Source: the human T2T-CHM13v2.0 reference genome, Homo sapiens
Assembly (NCBI RefSeq): GCF_009914755.1
Contig: NC_060936.1
Reading direction: 5' to 3' (one strand)
DNA length: 64,000 bases
The position numbers and the translations under genes were made by a program. The notes under the pieces were generated by a model, which worked only from the letters and a program-made list of their open reading frames with translations, did not search any database and had not been told where the DNA came from. Positions 27,310 to 43,280 of the stretch are shown here, one piece after another (position 1 is the stretch's first letter; every line of letters starts with the position of its first letter).

Positions 27310-28153
27310 TAGAAAAACCTACGACAGAGCTCACAGGTCAACCCATGTAATGGTTTTCTCCATGTGAATTATGGAGCCCACCCTTCCCTGCTTTGCTAAG
27401 AGAGAAATCAGAGGTGCCAAGAACAGCCTCTTCATGAAGACCTCCTGCAAGCTAAATACATAATTTTGAAATTGCTTAGAAAGAACTTGAGCTTCAACCT
27501 CTGAGCTCCCTCCGGGTCAGCCCTGCAGTATTAGGCCCGAGGGGTCCCAGGAGCCCTTGCGGCTCAGGGTGTTTTACTCTCCTTCCAAATGTTTACGAAG
27601 GAGTTGCATGGGCTGAGATGCTAAGCTGGGCCAAGCATGGGCTAAAGACTTTTCCATAATTGTCTTAAGTGAATGTCAGAGCAACCTTGTGAAAGTAAGT
27701 TCTGTAATCCCCATTTTAGAGATTAGAAGAATGAGGCCCAGATGGAAGCGGGAATTAGACTGATCTGAGTTGATCAGATGATCAATTGATCATCTCCCAA
27801 ACCAGGCTCCATCATTTAAGATAGGATTGCTTTGGTTTATTCACCTGCAAAAATGAGGATCTTTCAAGGACTTTAAAGGATGTTGGGAGGAGTAAGTTAA
27901 GGTGTGTAATTATGGTGGGTACTCCCAGAGCGGTAGCTGTGTTGAGTTGTGTTGATTGAGTTGCTTGAGTCTCACATCCAGGGTTGGAAGCCTTTGTCTT
28001 TGACCACTAATTCCATGCTCTGCCCACAGGGGGCCCCATTCAGAGCCTGAGCTCTAACACTGACTCCAGCCACTGAAAATGATGCCCAGAAAGAATGGAA
28101 GGCAGTTCCCAAATAAATGAGAAGAGACAAGAATAAAAATAATTTAAACTTAA

Positions 28154-28567
<414 letters not shown>

Positions 28568-29284
28568 TGAATGAATGAATGAACCGAAGCAGCATCTGGA
28601 AAAGCATGAATGCAGGTGCAGTTCTGACAAGTAAGGGGCAGGAGGAAGCATAAAAGAGAGGCTTGGCTGGAGCCAGGTGCCTGGGGCCATGCTTATGTGG
28701 CCACTTGTTAATCGTGTGGCCTTAGGTGAGGCAGCCATGTGCCTGGGCCCTTGGGTTTCCCACTTGTAAAATTGCAGCACTGGGGCAGGGTACACTGCAG
28801 AGCCTATAGCCAGCTGGGCTCCAGGAAGCCCAGGTAACATCAGAAGGTGCTATTGGGACTTCTCTTCTCTGCAGATGGGATGGCTCTTCTTCATGCTGGT
28901 CTATTTCTTATGTTCGTGAACAGGCTGGGCATGCTCAGATGAAGCAGACCTCCCAGCATCTAAACTGGCTGTGTCAACATCATACACTCAGATAGCACAT
29001 GGGACAAGTAACCAATGGATGTCCCAAAATGTAGAACTCTAAGCTCTTGCTTCTCCTTTCACTGCCTAAATTTTTCTTCCTGGCTCAGGAGGCTCTGAGC
29101 TTCAGGAGGAAGGTTCCCCTGCCCCCATCTTCAGCTGTTTTGGAATCCCTCCAAGAATCATACTGTGTTGGCCACCGAGCAAAATAGCATCAACAGTTAC
29201 AGACTGTCTGAGTACCCTTAGCCATATTACTTAATTTTTCAGACCTCTGTTCTTGCATTTAGAAATGGGTAATGAAGTACCCAC

Positions 29285-29568
29285 TTTTTTTTTAAGAGAT
29301 GGGGTCTCACTGTTTGGTTCAGGCTGAAGTGCAGTGGTGTGGTCATAGCTTACTGTAACCTTGAATTCCTGGGCTCAAACCTCCCACCTCAGCCTCCCAA
29401 GTAGCTTGGACCACAGGCCTACACCACCACACTGGCTAATTTTTTTTTTCATAGAGACAGAGTCTCACTTTGTTTCATCACTCGTCTTGAACTCCTGGCT
29501 TCAAGCAATCCTCCTGCCTCTGCCTCCCAAAGTGCTGGAATTACAGGCATGAGCCATTGTGCCTGGCT
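29285..29568 (-). mobile_element. AluJ inserted in a MIR
   Basis: TSD GA(A/T)GTACCCACTT; MIR sequence on both flanks. Confidence 0.9.
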
Positions 29569-29893
29569 GATGTACCCACTTCTGATGGAAAGACATGAGG
29601 CTTAACTGAGATAATGAGTTTAGCACAGTGCCTGGTATGCAGTAGGTGCTCAAGGAATGCCAGTGCTCTTCTTTTAATAAAACTTTGCTGTCCCAACGAT
29701 TAATGTGTGGTAGCTGGAACTCTGAGTAATGAACAGCTCACAGAGACTGGTAGGAAATGATTTGAGGCATTTCTTGGTGGTTACTTGTCTTGTTCTTTCT
29801 TATGACTTTTTTCTCCCTTTTTTAAAAAAATCATTTTCTTCTCTTCCCTTAACAGGATGGAGGGAAGTTCTAACTATGCCTCTGGGTTGATAT

Positions 29894-30600
29894 TGTAGGG
29901 GCAAGGGAAAGCTTCCCCTTCAAACTTGGAAGTTCTGCTAAACATCAGCTCAAAAAGGCAAACTAAATGGAGAAGAGAAGTACAAATATATTTGATCATA
30001 GTTTTAGATGACACGGGAGCCTTCAGAATGAAGACTCCATCCCTCGATGGAGTGCAGAAGCTTCTATACCACCTTGGGGTTGCAGAAAGAATGGGGGCTT
30101 GGGTCCTGGCAACACAGGTTATGGGAGGAGGGAGAAGAGAAATTCGATTGAGGGAAATACACGATTATTAGGGAGGATTCAGTGGGCTTGAGGGGCATTC
30201 AGTGGTCTAGGACAAGGTCTGTCTGTTGCCCATAAAGTGGACAGTGGTTTGTGACAAAAGTCTGTCCAGGTTTGTCGACAAACTCTAATCCTCCTTCCTG
30301 TGATATGCGTTCAGTTCATGAAAGCCCAGGGAGGGAACTAGAGGTCACTGGTTTCTCTGGTTAGTCTGGTCTTTAGGCAAATAAGGCAACTTCAGCCCCT
30401 GCTTTGGGAGAGGTGGAGGACTGAGAGGCAGGAGGGGGAGGGGAGGAAAAACACTTGTTCTCCTTTGCGGGTCTCTCTGGGTCTTTATGTAGATGGGGGA
30501 AGTCTCTTCTGGCATGTGTTGATCTCTAAGAGCCTTTAATTCAACATACTCATTATAGTAGGAAGCCATATTTTGGGATGAAGTTCTCTGTGCTCCTTCA
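29894..30600 (-). mobile_element. ERV1 solo LTR (MER39/MER34-like)
   Basis: TG...CA termini and 4-bp TSD ATAT (29890-29893, 30601-30604); the minus strand starts TGAAGGAGCACAGAGAACTTCATCCCAAAATATGGC. Confidence 0.8.
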
Positions 30601-31829
30601 ATATGTGTTTTTTTTTTTAAATGCATGTGAAGTATTTCTAAAGATTCTCAAGTCAAGGAATTCAGCATTAGAAACGGTGCCCTTTTGCAGCACATACGAA
30701 TTCCGTACGGTGGCCCCTGTGATATTATGCAACTGCCATGTACAGCACGTTTTGCTTTGATAGGTTTGAAAGAAGTGACATTAAAGAGAGAAGAATATGG
30801 CACCATAGAGGATGGATTTTCTTACTCTCTCTCACTCATGACTTAATCTGAGATGAGATTGGTTCACTTTGATAGCTCTTTTCAACCTCTTCTTTGCAAA
30901 AGGCGAGGTGGAAACCTCATTTCTCTCTTGGCTAGATGCTGCAACTCCAAAGGTGAATCTGTATGGAGAATGTTGAAGGCAGTGTTTTCTGAGACACCCT
31001 GCAACCCTCTGCTGCGTTACGCAGTACTGAGCCCTCCAGAGAGGTGCATGTAATGGATGGATGTGCTCCCTGGAGTTAATAAATAACTATCTTCACCTGG
31101 TCCCCTCTAATTCATCCTGTGCACAAGCGCCAGAACACGCCATCAAAAACAGACCATGTCTCACTTAAAATTCTCTGGAGGTTTCCCACTGACCTCGCGG
31201 TAAAGTCTGAGCTCCTTAGCATGGCAGGCAAGGCCATTGGAATCTTACCCCTGCCTGGTTCCCCACCTGTGTCCCTCACTGCTTTCTCCACCCCCACCTT
31301 TCCTTCCCCCCAGTTTTCCTGAACAGGCAGCTGAACTCACAAGCTCTTCCCTACCTCCCAGTTTTACATAGTCTCTCTGCTAGGATGCTTCTCCCCTTTC
31401 TGTTTAACTCCCGTTTGCCCTTTGAGACACATTGGAGAATATAACAGTAATAATACTATAACAATCGCTAACAGGTGTTGAGTGTTGTTTACTGCATACC
31501 AACCAGTGAGCTAAGTCTGTTATGTACACTCACACCTGTGCAATAGTCACAGCCAAGCTGAGTGGGAAGCACTGTTATTATTAATCCCATCCTTCATCCC
31601 CCATTTTGCTAAAGATGTGCCTCTTTTGAGCTTCTGGAGCAGGTATAGACTGGACCATGATTGTTGATTTACTTCTCTGCCTCTTGCACTAAACTGTGAG
31701 CTTGTTCATTCATTCATTCGGTCAGCAATTATTGAGCACTGACTATGTGCCAGACACTGTGTTCAATGCTAGGGATAAGATAGGCATAAGAGTGACCCAG
31801 ACAGATGAAAAGATCTCTGCCCATATGAA

Positions 31830-32131
31830 TTTTTTTTTTTTTTTTTTTTTTTGAGACGGAGTCTCACTCTGTCGCCCAGGCTGGAGTGAGTGGCGCGGTC
31901 TCCGCTCACTGCAAGCTCTGCCTCCTGGGTTCACGCCATTCTCCTGCCTCAGCGTCCTGAGTAGCTGGGACACAGGCGCCCACCACCACGCCCGGCTAAT
32001 TTTTTGTATTTTTAGTAGAGACGGGGTTTCACTGTGTTAGCCAGGATGGTCTCGATCTCCTGACTTCGTGATCCGCCTGCCTCGGCCTCCCAAAGTGCTG
32101 GGATTACAGGCTTGAGCCACCGCGCCCGGCC
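31830..32131 (-). mobile_element. AluY
   Basis: Y diagnostics GCAAGCTC, TTCACGCCATTCTCC and TTAGCCAGGATGGTCTCGATCTCC; 23-T tail. Confidence 0.93.
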
Positions 32132-32194
32132 ATGAAACTTACAGTGTCTAGGGGTAAGCCACGGAGGGGAGAGTCTTAAAAATTTAGAAAATCA

Positions 32195-32515
<321 letters not shown>

Positions 32516-32904
32516 TCACTAAAACAATTACAAGTTGTAACAAGTGATGGGCAAAATCAAAACAAGATGTGATACAGAATAATGGGGTGGGGCTGAGACG
32601 CCTTTTGACAGGGTGGTCAGGGAAGGCCTCCCTGAAGTTGTGACATTTCTGGTGAGGACAAAAGGTAGAGAAAGGGTCAGCTATGGAACAGCAGAGGGAA
32701 AGGTCTAGGGAATCGCATGTGTAAGGACTGTCAGGCAGGAACGAGCTTACGGTACTTAAGGAACCAAGGGGAGGCCAGGCTGGCTGGATAATCAGGAGTT
32801 GGGGGAGAGCAGCATAAGATGAGGCCAGGGACCAGTCCTGAGGTTGGAGGCCAAGGTGAGGAGCTGGGATTTTATCCTAAGAGCAACAGGAGATGATGGG
32901 AGGT

Positions 32905-33272
32905 TGCTATAGATTGAATGTTTGTCTTCCCCAACCCCTAAATTTGAATGTTGAAATTCTAACCCCCAAGGTGATGGTATTAAAAGGTGGGGCCTTTGGG
33001 GGTGATGAGGTCATGAGGGTGGAGACCTCATAATTGGGATTCGTTCCCCTATAAAAGAGACCCCAGAGACCTAGCTAGCCCCTTCCACCATGTGAGAACA
33101 CAGAAAGAAAGTGCCAACTATGGGCCAGGAATCGGGCCCTTGCCAGACAACAAATCTGCTGGTGCCTTGGTTTTGGACTTCCCAGCCTCCAGAACTGTAA
33201 GAAATAAATGTCTGCTGTTTATAAGCCACCCAGTCTATAGTATTTTGTTATATCAGCCCGAATGGACTAAGA
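32905..33272 (+). mobile_element. MLT1A-type solo LTR
   Basis: TGCTATAGATTGAATGTTTGTC...GAAATAAATGTCTGCTGTTTATAAGCCACCCAGTCTATAGTATTTTGTTATA. Confidence 0.9.
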
Positions 33273-33874
33273 GGGCTTTAAACAAGGGAGTAATGTGATC
33301 ACATTTACATTTTAATTCCTCTGGTAAACCAGAAAATGGGATAGGGCAAGAATGGATGTGGGAAGAGCAGTGAAGAGGCTGTTGGAGCCCCCAGACAAGA
33401 AGGGATGGTGGCCTGGAAGGGCAAGGGTACCAACGAGGAGATGAGAAAAATGTACAGATTGGAGCAAAATTTTGAAAGTAAAACCCTGGGAATTTGGTAC
33501 TATTCTGCAAGTAGGGGTGAGGAGGGGGAGGAATTGGATGACTCCTGAGTTTCCTGCTAGAGAGATTGGGAGGATGGGGGCACTGTTTACTGAGGGGTGG
33601 AAATCCAGGAATGAGAAGGAGAGAACTGGTTTAAGGGGAAATCAAGAATGCAGCTGGGGTCTGCAAAAGTCTTGAAGGTGGAGACCTTGTCTTATTCATT
33701 ACATATACTCCCAGCACTTACCCTGTGCCTGGCACATAGTAGGTGCTCAATAAGTGCTTGTTGAATGAGTACATACCCACATCTACCTGATCAATGGGGA
33801 TGCAGCATTAGTCCCTGCTAATGCAGATCTTATCTGGGCATGCCCAGAAGATCCACACGTGAATAGGCCCCAAG

Positions 33875-34033
33875 CAGGGCAGTGTCCATTATTCACAGGG
33901 CCCAGTGCGAAATGAGAAGGTGAGGCCCCTTGTTAAAAATCATTAAGGAATGTAAGGTGGTGACAGCAAATCATTAAACCAACCACGGGTGCTCTGCACT
34001 GCACAGCTTGCATGGCCATGAAGCTGGTTTTGC
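33875..34033. mobile_element. MER45A hAT-Tip100 element
   Basis: GGGCCCAGTGCGAAATGAGAAGGTGAGGCCCCTTGTTAAAAATCATTAAG...CATTAAACCAA. Confidence 0.7.
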
Positions 34034-35181
34034 TCCTAAGTAGGAAGCTGACCTATTAAGGGTTAGGGGGGTTCATCCAGGATCTCTGAGATAGAGGCTG
34101 ATGCAGAACTTTCCATAGAATAGCAGAAGGGGTCCAGATGTTCCAGGAGCTCAGCAGGGACAGGCTGTGTGCAGCTTGTGTGTCTTGGGGAGCAATTCAG
34201 CTGTGCATCTCTCCTTGATGATGCATCCTTGCCACCTTTTCAGGCAGGCCCAGGTGCAGTGGGCATTGGCCAGATTGGAGGTGGGAAGGCAGGCCCTCGA
34301 GTGGGTGGGGTCCTTCCTGGGCAGCAGCAGGAGGTCTCTGCTCTAAACTGCAGACCCCAGGGCTGCATGCTGGGGGAGCTGCATGGTGCATTTCATTCCT
34401 CTCTTTTACTCACCCTTTTCCTCTCATATTTGTACCTCTGTTAAATCTGGTTACTTTATATTATAGAAAATAATAATAACAAATGGTGCTAATTACTCAG
34501 CCTTTGGTATGTGTCAAGGACTGTGCTGAACACCTTATTGTTACAGTCATATTTAACCTTCACAACAACCCTTGAAATTAAGCAGTATTCTCCATTCCCA
34601 TTTAAGAGAGAAGGAAACTGAGGCTTAGCAAGATCAATCAAGTCACTTGTCCAAAGAGAAGAGACATTGCTATTATGGAGTTAGCACCTGCTACACATTA
34701 TCTCAAATTCTAGATTAGTACTTTCAGTTTATGGAAGAGGACAGTGGGGTCAGAGAGCCCAAGCATGTGGCCTGAGGTCACACAGCTAGAGAGAGGCAGA
34801 GGATTTGAATCCCGTCTCTCTGATTCTAGAGCTGTGGCATGGTGCCACATTGGTGGGGATAAATCTGCACCACTTAACTGTATGATCTTAGGCAAGTTTT
34901 CTAAAGAAATACTTTAACATCTGCATTTGTCTCCAAGCCCAAAGGGGGTTCAGGTCCATGGTTCTTTCATATCTCTGTGCTGTCGCCCATGCTGGTCTTT
35001 CTGCCTGGTGTGTTCTTTCTGTCTCTCAGTGGGGGATCTTACAAGATCTGGTTGTGATGGGATTTTTTTTTTTTTGGTGTTGTTTCCCCTACAGATAGTG
35101 AGCTCCTGAAGGTTGTGAGCAGTGTCTCACTCACCACTGCTTCCTCCATGCCTATTCCAGTTCTCAGTAGAGAGTAGGTCC

Positions 35182-35690
35182 TGTGTCAGTTAGCTGTTGC
35201 TGCATAGCAAACCACCCCAAAACTCAAAATGACTTAAACAATAAGCATTTATTAGTAGTATTCACAAGTCCAGGGGATAGCTCTATGGTTCTTCTGTTCT
35301 CAGCTGGGCTTTTGCATGTATCTTCTAGGTCAGCTGTAGGACGGGGAGTCAGCTCTGCTTTCTGGACTGGGCTCTCTCACAGGTTAGGGTCAGCTGGCTG
35401 CAGGCTGGTCTAGGACGGCCTCTGATGGTACAGCTGGGCTTTCCTCCACTGTCTCTAATCCTATAGCAGGCTAACCCAGGCCTATTCGCATGGCCATGCT
35501 AGGGCACCCAGAGAGGGAGCAGAATTGAACAAGTTTTCTTTAGGTCTGGGCATAGCATTCAATCTTGTTATAGCACCATCACATCCACTGCACTGTCTTG
35601 GCCAAATGAAGCCACAAAGTCCAGCTCAGAGTCAAGGTGCAAGGGCGCTTGCAAAGAATGTGGACAACAGAAGCATGAGAAATGGAATAC
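35182..35690 (-). mobile_element. MLT1 (G/H-like) LTR
   Basis: TGTGTCAGTTAGCTGTTGCTGCATAGCAAACCACCCCAAAACTC...CTTAAACAATAAGCATTTATT. Confidence 0.7.
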
Positions 35691-35867
35691 AAATGTATCA
35701 TAAATGTTTATTAACTAAATAAATGTACATTTAACATGTGCCAATAACTACCGTAAGCTTTTTCCATATTAACACGTTTAATCCTGACAGCTTACCCGCT
35801 GAAGGAGTTACTGTTTTATCCCCATTTCACAGATAAGGAAACAGAAGCACAGAAAGGTTATGTAACT

Positions 35868-36375
35868 CAGGGGTCCCCAACCCCTGAGCTATGGGCTTGT
35901 ACTGGTCCATGGCCTGTTAGGAACTGGGCCGCATAGCAGGAAGTGAGTGGCAGGCAAGCAAGCGAAGCTTCATCTGTATTTATAGTCGTTTCCCGTTGCT
36001 CGCATTACCGCCTAAGCGGCAGCATTAGATTCTCAGAGTGGCACGAACCGTATTGTGAACTATGCATGTGACAGACCTAAGTCGTGTGCTCCTTATGAGA
36101 ATCTAATGCCTGGTGATCTGTCACTGTCTCCCATCACCCCCAGATGGTACCATCAAGTTGCAGGAAAACAAACTCTGGGCTCCCACTGATTCTACACGAT
36201 GATGAGTTGTATAATTATTTCATTATATATTATAATGTAATAATAATAGAAATAAAATATGCAATAAATGTAATGCACTTGAATTATCCCAAAACCATCC
36301 CCCTACCCCCAGGTCCATGGAAGAATTATCTTTCATGAAACCAGTCCCTGGTACCAAAAAGATCAGGGACCGCTG
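35868..36375 (+). mobile_element. MER1A hAT-Charlie element inserted in a MIR
   Basis: TIR-like ends CAGGGGTCCCC and GGGACCGCTG; perfect 8-bp TSD ATGTAACT (35860-35867, 36376-36383); MIR on both sides. Confidence 0.93.
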
Positions 36376-36411
36376 ATGTAACTTGCTCAAGGTCACACAG
36401 CTAGGAGGTGA

Positions 36412-37200
<789 letters not shown>

Positions 37201-37489
37201 GTTAGAGCAGAAAAAAATGCTGCGAGCTCAGAGCTGTCCCAATTCCCAACACAGGGACAGAGTCCTCCTGGGCAGACAGCAATAACATGGCTCTCCTCAG
37301 CTTGATAAAAAGCAGCACTGTCACCCAGGGCCCTGGAGGCATGGCCTCAGCTGCCTGTTGCATGCCAAGGCTTATGTCCTGTTCTTCCATCTGTACCTTC
37401 CCACTTGGCAGAACGGGCAAAGAGAGCCAGTGTGGCGCAAATGTTCACGCTGCAGGAGGCAATCAGGACATTACAGTAAGAATGGAGAC

Positions 37490-37715
37490 TTTGGCAACAG
37501 AAAGAAATGGGTTCAAGTCCCTGCTCTGTCCCTTACTAGCCGTGTGACCTCGGGTAGCTTGCTTGACCTTTGACCTTGCTGAGCCTCAGTTTCTTCCTTT
37601 GTAAAATAGGAATAATAACATTGTGAAGATTTAAATTAAATCTTAAATGGGTGATTCATTTAACTTTGCACAAAGTTGGGTGTGAGTACCCAGTAAATGT
37701 TCACCTCTGCTATCT
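37490..37715 (+). mobile_element. MIR SINE
   Basis: GGGTTCAAGTCCCTGCTCTGTCCCTTACTAGCCGTGTGACCTCGGG...GAGCCTCAGTTTCTTCCTTTGTAAAATAGG. Confidence 0.85.
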
Positions 37716-38679
37716 TTGTTCTTTCTCCTCATCCTCATCATCATTGCTGAGACTATGTCAAGCCCTGTCTAATGTCCCCCTTTTTCCCAGCCCAGTGCAA
37801 AGGGAAATAGTGTGTACTGAGTGCCTACTGTGTGCTAGGTATCTTAAATGGCCTTTGTTATTTCATCGTCCCCACTCCCAGGGGAATAAAGCAGTTTTAT
37901 TGTGATTTGACAGGTGAACAGAATGGGGTCAGAAGTTAAGTGACTTGCATAAGGTCACTCAGTAAGCAAAGGCAGACCTGGGATTGGAGCCCAGTCAGGA
38001 CCAATGCCAAGGTCCATGCCTCTGGGTAGTTGCCAAGAGGACTGGAGCCAGAACAGCAGCCCCATCGATCCTTGTTACATGGGACAAGACAGAATCTAGG
38101 GGGATAGGCCTCCTTTGGAAAGTCTTCAAGGTGGAGACTTGGCATGGTGGGGCCAATGGGGACCACCAAGGACCCTAGAGTATTACACCTGGAAGGCAGA
38201 TCCACCCCTCACATTACTGATGGGAAAATGAGATCCAGAATGGCCAAGTGTCTTGCTGGGAGATACACATACAGGTAGGGGAGAGCCAGGACTTGAACCC
38301 TAGAAGCCTGGGGAGTACCTGTGGGCAGGAAGGCCTCATAGGGCAAGGGAAATCCAACAGGCTGAGTTCCTCTAGATACCCTGTCCCCAGCTCTCCTCAC
38401 CACCAGCTTACCTGCTACTTCCCACAGATGAGGCCATGAAACACTGAACCTTCCTGTGTCAGGGACTCTGGGGAATGAGGCCCTTCTCCTTTATTCATCT
38501 GCCACCCCCTGCAGGCCCCCTCTATGCCAGGCATGGGAATAGGTGTTGGGAGCTTGGCGGATGCCTTGAAACTCTAAGGCCTTTGAGAACAGGGGGGCCT
38601 GCCTCCTTCACCTACTCCCCTGCAGAACTTTGCAGTGTTCTGTATTAGTCTATTCTCAAGCTGCAAATAATAAAAAACA

Positions 38680-38920
38680 ATCCAATAATAATAGCTGACA
38701 TAGACATGTAGGGTTGGCAGTGTATCCGGCACCTCAGACTCATCTCAGTTGATCCCTGCCCCCCACAACCCTATGGAGTAGGCACTGTTATTATGCCCAT
38801 TTTACAGATGAGGAAACTGAGGCCCAGAGACATTACATAATTTGCTCAAAGCCACATGCTAGTCAGTGAGGGATCAGAATCCATCCCAGAAAATCTGAAT
38901 TCAGAGCCTTCTCACATTGC
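38680..38920 (-). mobile_element. MIR SINE
   Basis: CCCATTTTACAGATGAGGAAACTGAGGCCCAGAGA. Confidence 0.85.
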
Positions 38921-38939
38921 CGCACTGAACCCCATGGTA

Positions 38940-39310
38940 AATTCATTCATTTGTGATTGATTGATTGATTCAACAAGTATTTACTGAGTGCCAGCTACTA
39001 TGGTAGACACTAGGGATCCAACAGTGAGCAAAACAGACAAAACTCCCTGCTCTTGCGGACCTTACCATCTACAGAGACAGGCCATAAACAAAATTCAAAC
39101 CTATAGGAGGTTAGATGGAAAAAAATGAAGCAGGGAGTGCTGCAGACACAGTTTTAAGAAGGCTGATCAGAGATGGCCTTGAAGGGGAGGTGATTTTGAG
39201 GAGAGCCCTGATGCAAGTAAGGAAGTGCCTAGTGCCCTTCTGGGGGAAGAATATTACGGGCAGAGGGAGCAGCAGATGCAACAGCCCAGCGGGGTGCAGG
39301 CAAAGAGGCC
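38940..39310 (-). mobile_element. L2 3' portion
   Basis: ATTCAACAAGTATTTACTGAGTGCC...CAGTGAGCAAAACAGACAAAACTCCCTGCTCTTG. Confidence 0.8.
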
Positions 39311-39871
39311 AGTTATCAGACCCTAGCTCCTCAGCCATTTATTAAGTGACCTGCATTGTGGCTGCGTTTCTTCTGAGTGAAGCCAGGGCTTGCCTGGTGG
39401 CACACACAGCCATGCACAGGCCCTCTGTGGGGCAGCCCTGTGTGCTGTGGGTGGCAGGGGCCGTGGCCCGGCCCTCCAGAGTGCCCCCTACAGCCCGACT
39501 GAGCATGGCCCTCCCGCCCTGCAGACAGAACCCCTGGCATTCATCTCTCAGTGACTCTAAAGCAGCCAGGGGGGCAGGGGTGGGGTTGGGGGGCCGTAAG
39601 AAAAGGAGCCTGAAGCAGGAACCTGGGAAAACAGGCTGGCTCCCTGTACCCTCCTGGTGCCCTGCTACATCAGTGTTCTGGGAATGGCTATTTTCTCAAG
39701 GGGCAACTTCTCCCCAAACCCTTAACAGGGTACCAAGCCACCTGTTTTCTGTTACAAACTTACCAGTGTTCTTTTCCTGCAAAGAAAAGACAGAAAGAGA
39801 AAGAGCCTTGGTCTTGAGGGAAAAGGCCTGGGTTCTAGCCCAGCTCTGCATTCAGCAGCTGTGTGGCTTTA

Positions 39872-41248
<1,377 letters not shown>

Positions 41249-42120
41249 TTCGCAACCCCTTGTTTTATAAATCCTCGGCTCTTGTGGTTTCTGAATAATC
41301 AACTTTCTGCTTAAGACTTGTATTGCAGATTTGCCTTGAAAAAGAAAGTTTTGAGGGTGGGGAAGTTGGGGAGGTAGAGGATATGAATAAGCTTAGAGTC
41401 AGAAAGCCAAACCTCAGAGATTCACGTCAGTCCCAAAGCCTCCAGAGAAAGAAAATAAGCCAGGCCTGGGGCTGGGGATCTTGAGCCTGGCACTCGGCAT
41501 AATCAAATGCTCCCCTGCTGGCATGGTTCCAGAGACAGCTGGAATTCAAATATGCTGATGAATAAATAAGGAGGGAGCCAGGTTTTCTCTGGAGATTTCC
41601 ATCTGATTTTGCATTGTGGGTTGGGGCAAAGAAGAGGGTGGCCCAGGAGGAGGTGGTCTGCATTGGGAGAAACGTCTGAGCCCTTCCTGATGGGTTGTTT
41701 TCCTTTGGGGTCCCTGGGGAGAACTTTGAGACTTCAATCAGCCTCAGTTTAGAAATTCCTTAGTAGAAAAGGAAGTGGGGTTTTGCACATCCTGGAAATC
41801 TTCCTCATTTTTGTACTGTTTTATTTGCAGAAAATTTAAAGTTTTCTTTCATTAATGCTTTTAAAAATGGATGGCATTTTAATATTAGTTTAATATTCAA
41901 TGAATGAAACTATCTTGAGTGTAGCTTTTGGCTTTGCTGTAATTTCTCTTATATCCAGAACAGTTTCTGAGAGCGGAGAAGTCCTCTAAACCAGTGTTTG
42001 GGGGGAAGTAAAAGCTTCCCTGGAAACAAAGGACTGGGGATTTGAAAGTCAGTAAGTAGATTTGTGGAACCCTTCTGTGGGCCACATTGTGCTAGACTTC
42101 ACAGTAAGTTTGCAATGGGA

Positions 42121-43053
42121 ATGGTGATGGTGATGATGGTGGTTATGATAATGGAAATGACACTACTGATGATGGTGGTGATAGCAATGATGGTGGTAGT
42201 GATGGTGATGTAGTGATAGTGATGATAATGGTGGCGATAGTGATTATGGTGGTAGTGACAGTTATGATGATGGTGATGATGATGGTGGTAATGATCATGG
42301 TACTGAAGTGATGATGGTGGTGATAGTGATGATGATGGTAGTGATGGTGATGATGGTGGTGGTGATGATAATAGTGGTGACAGTGATGATGATGGTGGTG
42401 ATAGTAACAATGGTGGCAGTGATGGTGATGATGATGTAGTCACAGTGATAATGATGGTGGTGATAATGTAGTGATAGTGATGATGGTGGTGGTGATGATA
42501 ATAGTAGTGACCGTGATGATAATAGTAGTGACAATGATGATGATGGTGGTGATAGTAACAATGGTGTAGTGACGGTGATGATGACTGTGGTGATGACGCT
42601 CTAGTGACAGTGATGATAATAGTGGTGATAGTGATGATGGTGATAATGATGATAGAGTGATAGTGATAATGGTAGTGATAGTGATGATGGTGGTAGTGAT
42701 GGTGATGATGGTGATGATGATGGTGGTAATGACAATGGTAGTGACAGTGATGATGATGGTGATAGTGATGATGGTGGAAGTGATGGTGATGATGGTGATG
42801 ATGTAGTGACAATGATGAGGGTGGTGGTGGTAGTAATGATGGGTGATGATGATGTAGTGACAATGATGGTGGTGGTGGTAGTGATGATGGTGGTAGTGAT
42901 GGTGATGATGGTGATGGTGATGATGATAGAGTGACAGTGATGATGATGGTGGTGGTGGTGATGATGGTGGTAGTGAGGGTGATGGTGGTTGATGATGATG
43001 ATGGTGGTGATGATGAAAATGATGATGGTATTGATGATGATGACAGTAGTGAC
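42121..43053. repeat. ~930-bp degenerate (GAT/GGT/AGT)n trinucleotide array
   Basis: Continuous 3-periodic tract of GAT, GGT, AGT, AAT and GAC triplets. Confidence 0.97.
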
Positions 43054-43059
43054 CTGATG

Positions 43060-43280
43060 AACACTGACAATGTACCTGGCCACCTTGATTAGCACTTTAT
43101 ACACATTATCTCATTTCACCCTTACAAACTCCCTATGGGGTAGGTTCTGTGATTACTCCCATTTTACACATAAGATAACCAAGGCACAGCGGGGTTAAGC
43201 AACTTGACCAGAGTCCCACAGCCAGTAAGCAACAGAGCTGGGCTTTGAACTAAGATGGTCAGACTCCAAAGTTTGTCCCT
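43060..43280 (-). mobile_element. MIR SINE
   Basis: AGCACTTTATACACATTATCTCATTT...CCCATTTTACACATAAGATAACCAAGGCACAG...GAGCTGGGCTTTGAAC. Confidence 0.85.

Noticed and set aside
29830-29860. Strong-looking splice acceptor TTTTCTTCTCTTCCCTTAACAG (similar sites near 18314 and 35093)
   Set aside because: I found no convincing paired donor or coding frame; such sites are common decoys.
42099-43104. 323-aa and 167-aa His/Ser/Thr-rich minus-strand ORFs
   Set aside because: They are translations of a CAT/CAC repeat that has few stop codons; they start at non-ATG codons and have no domain or exon structure.
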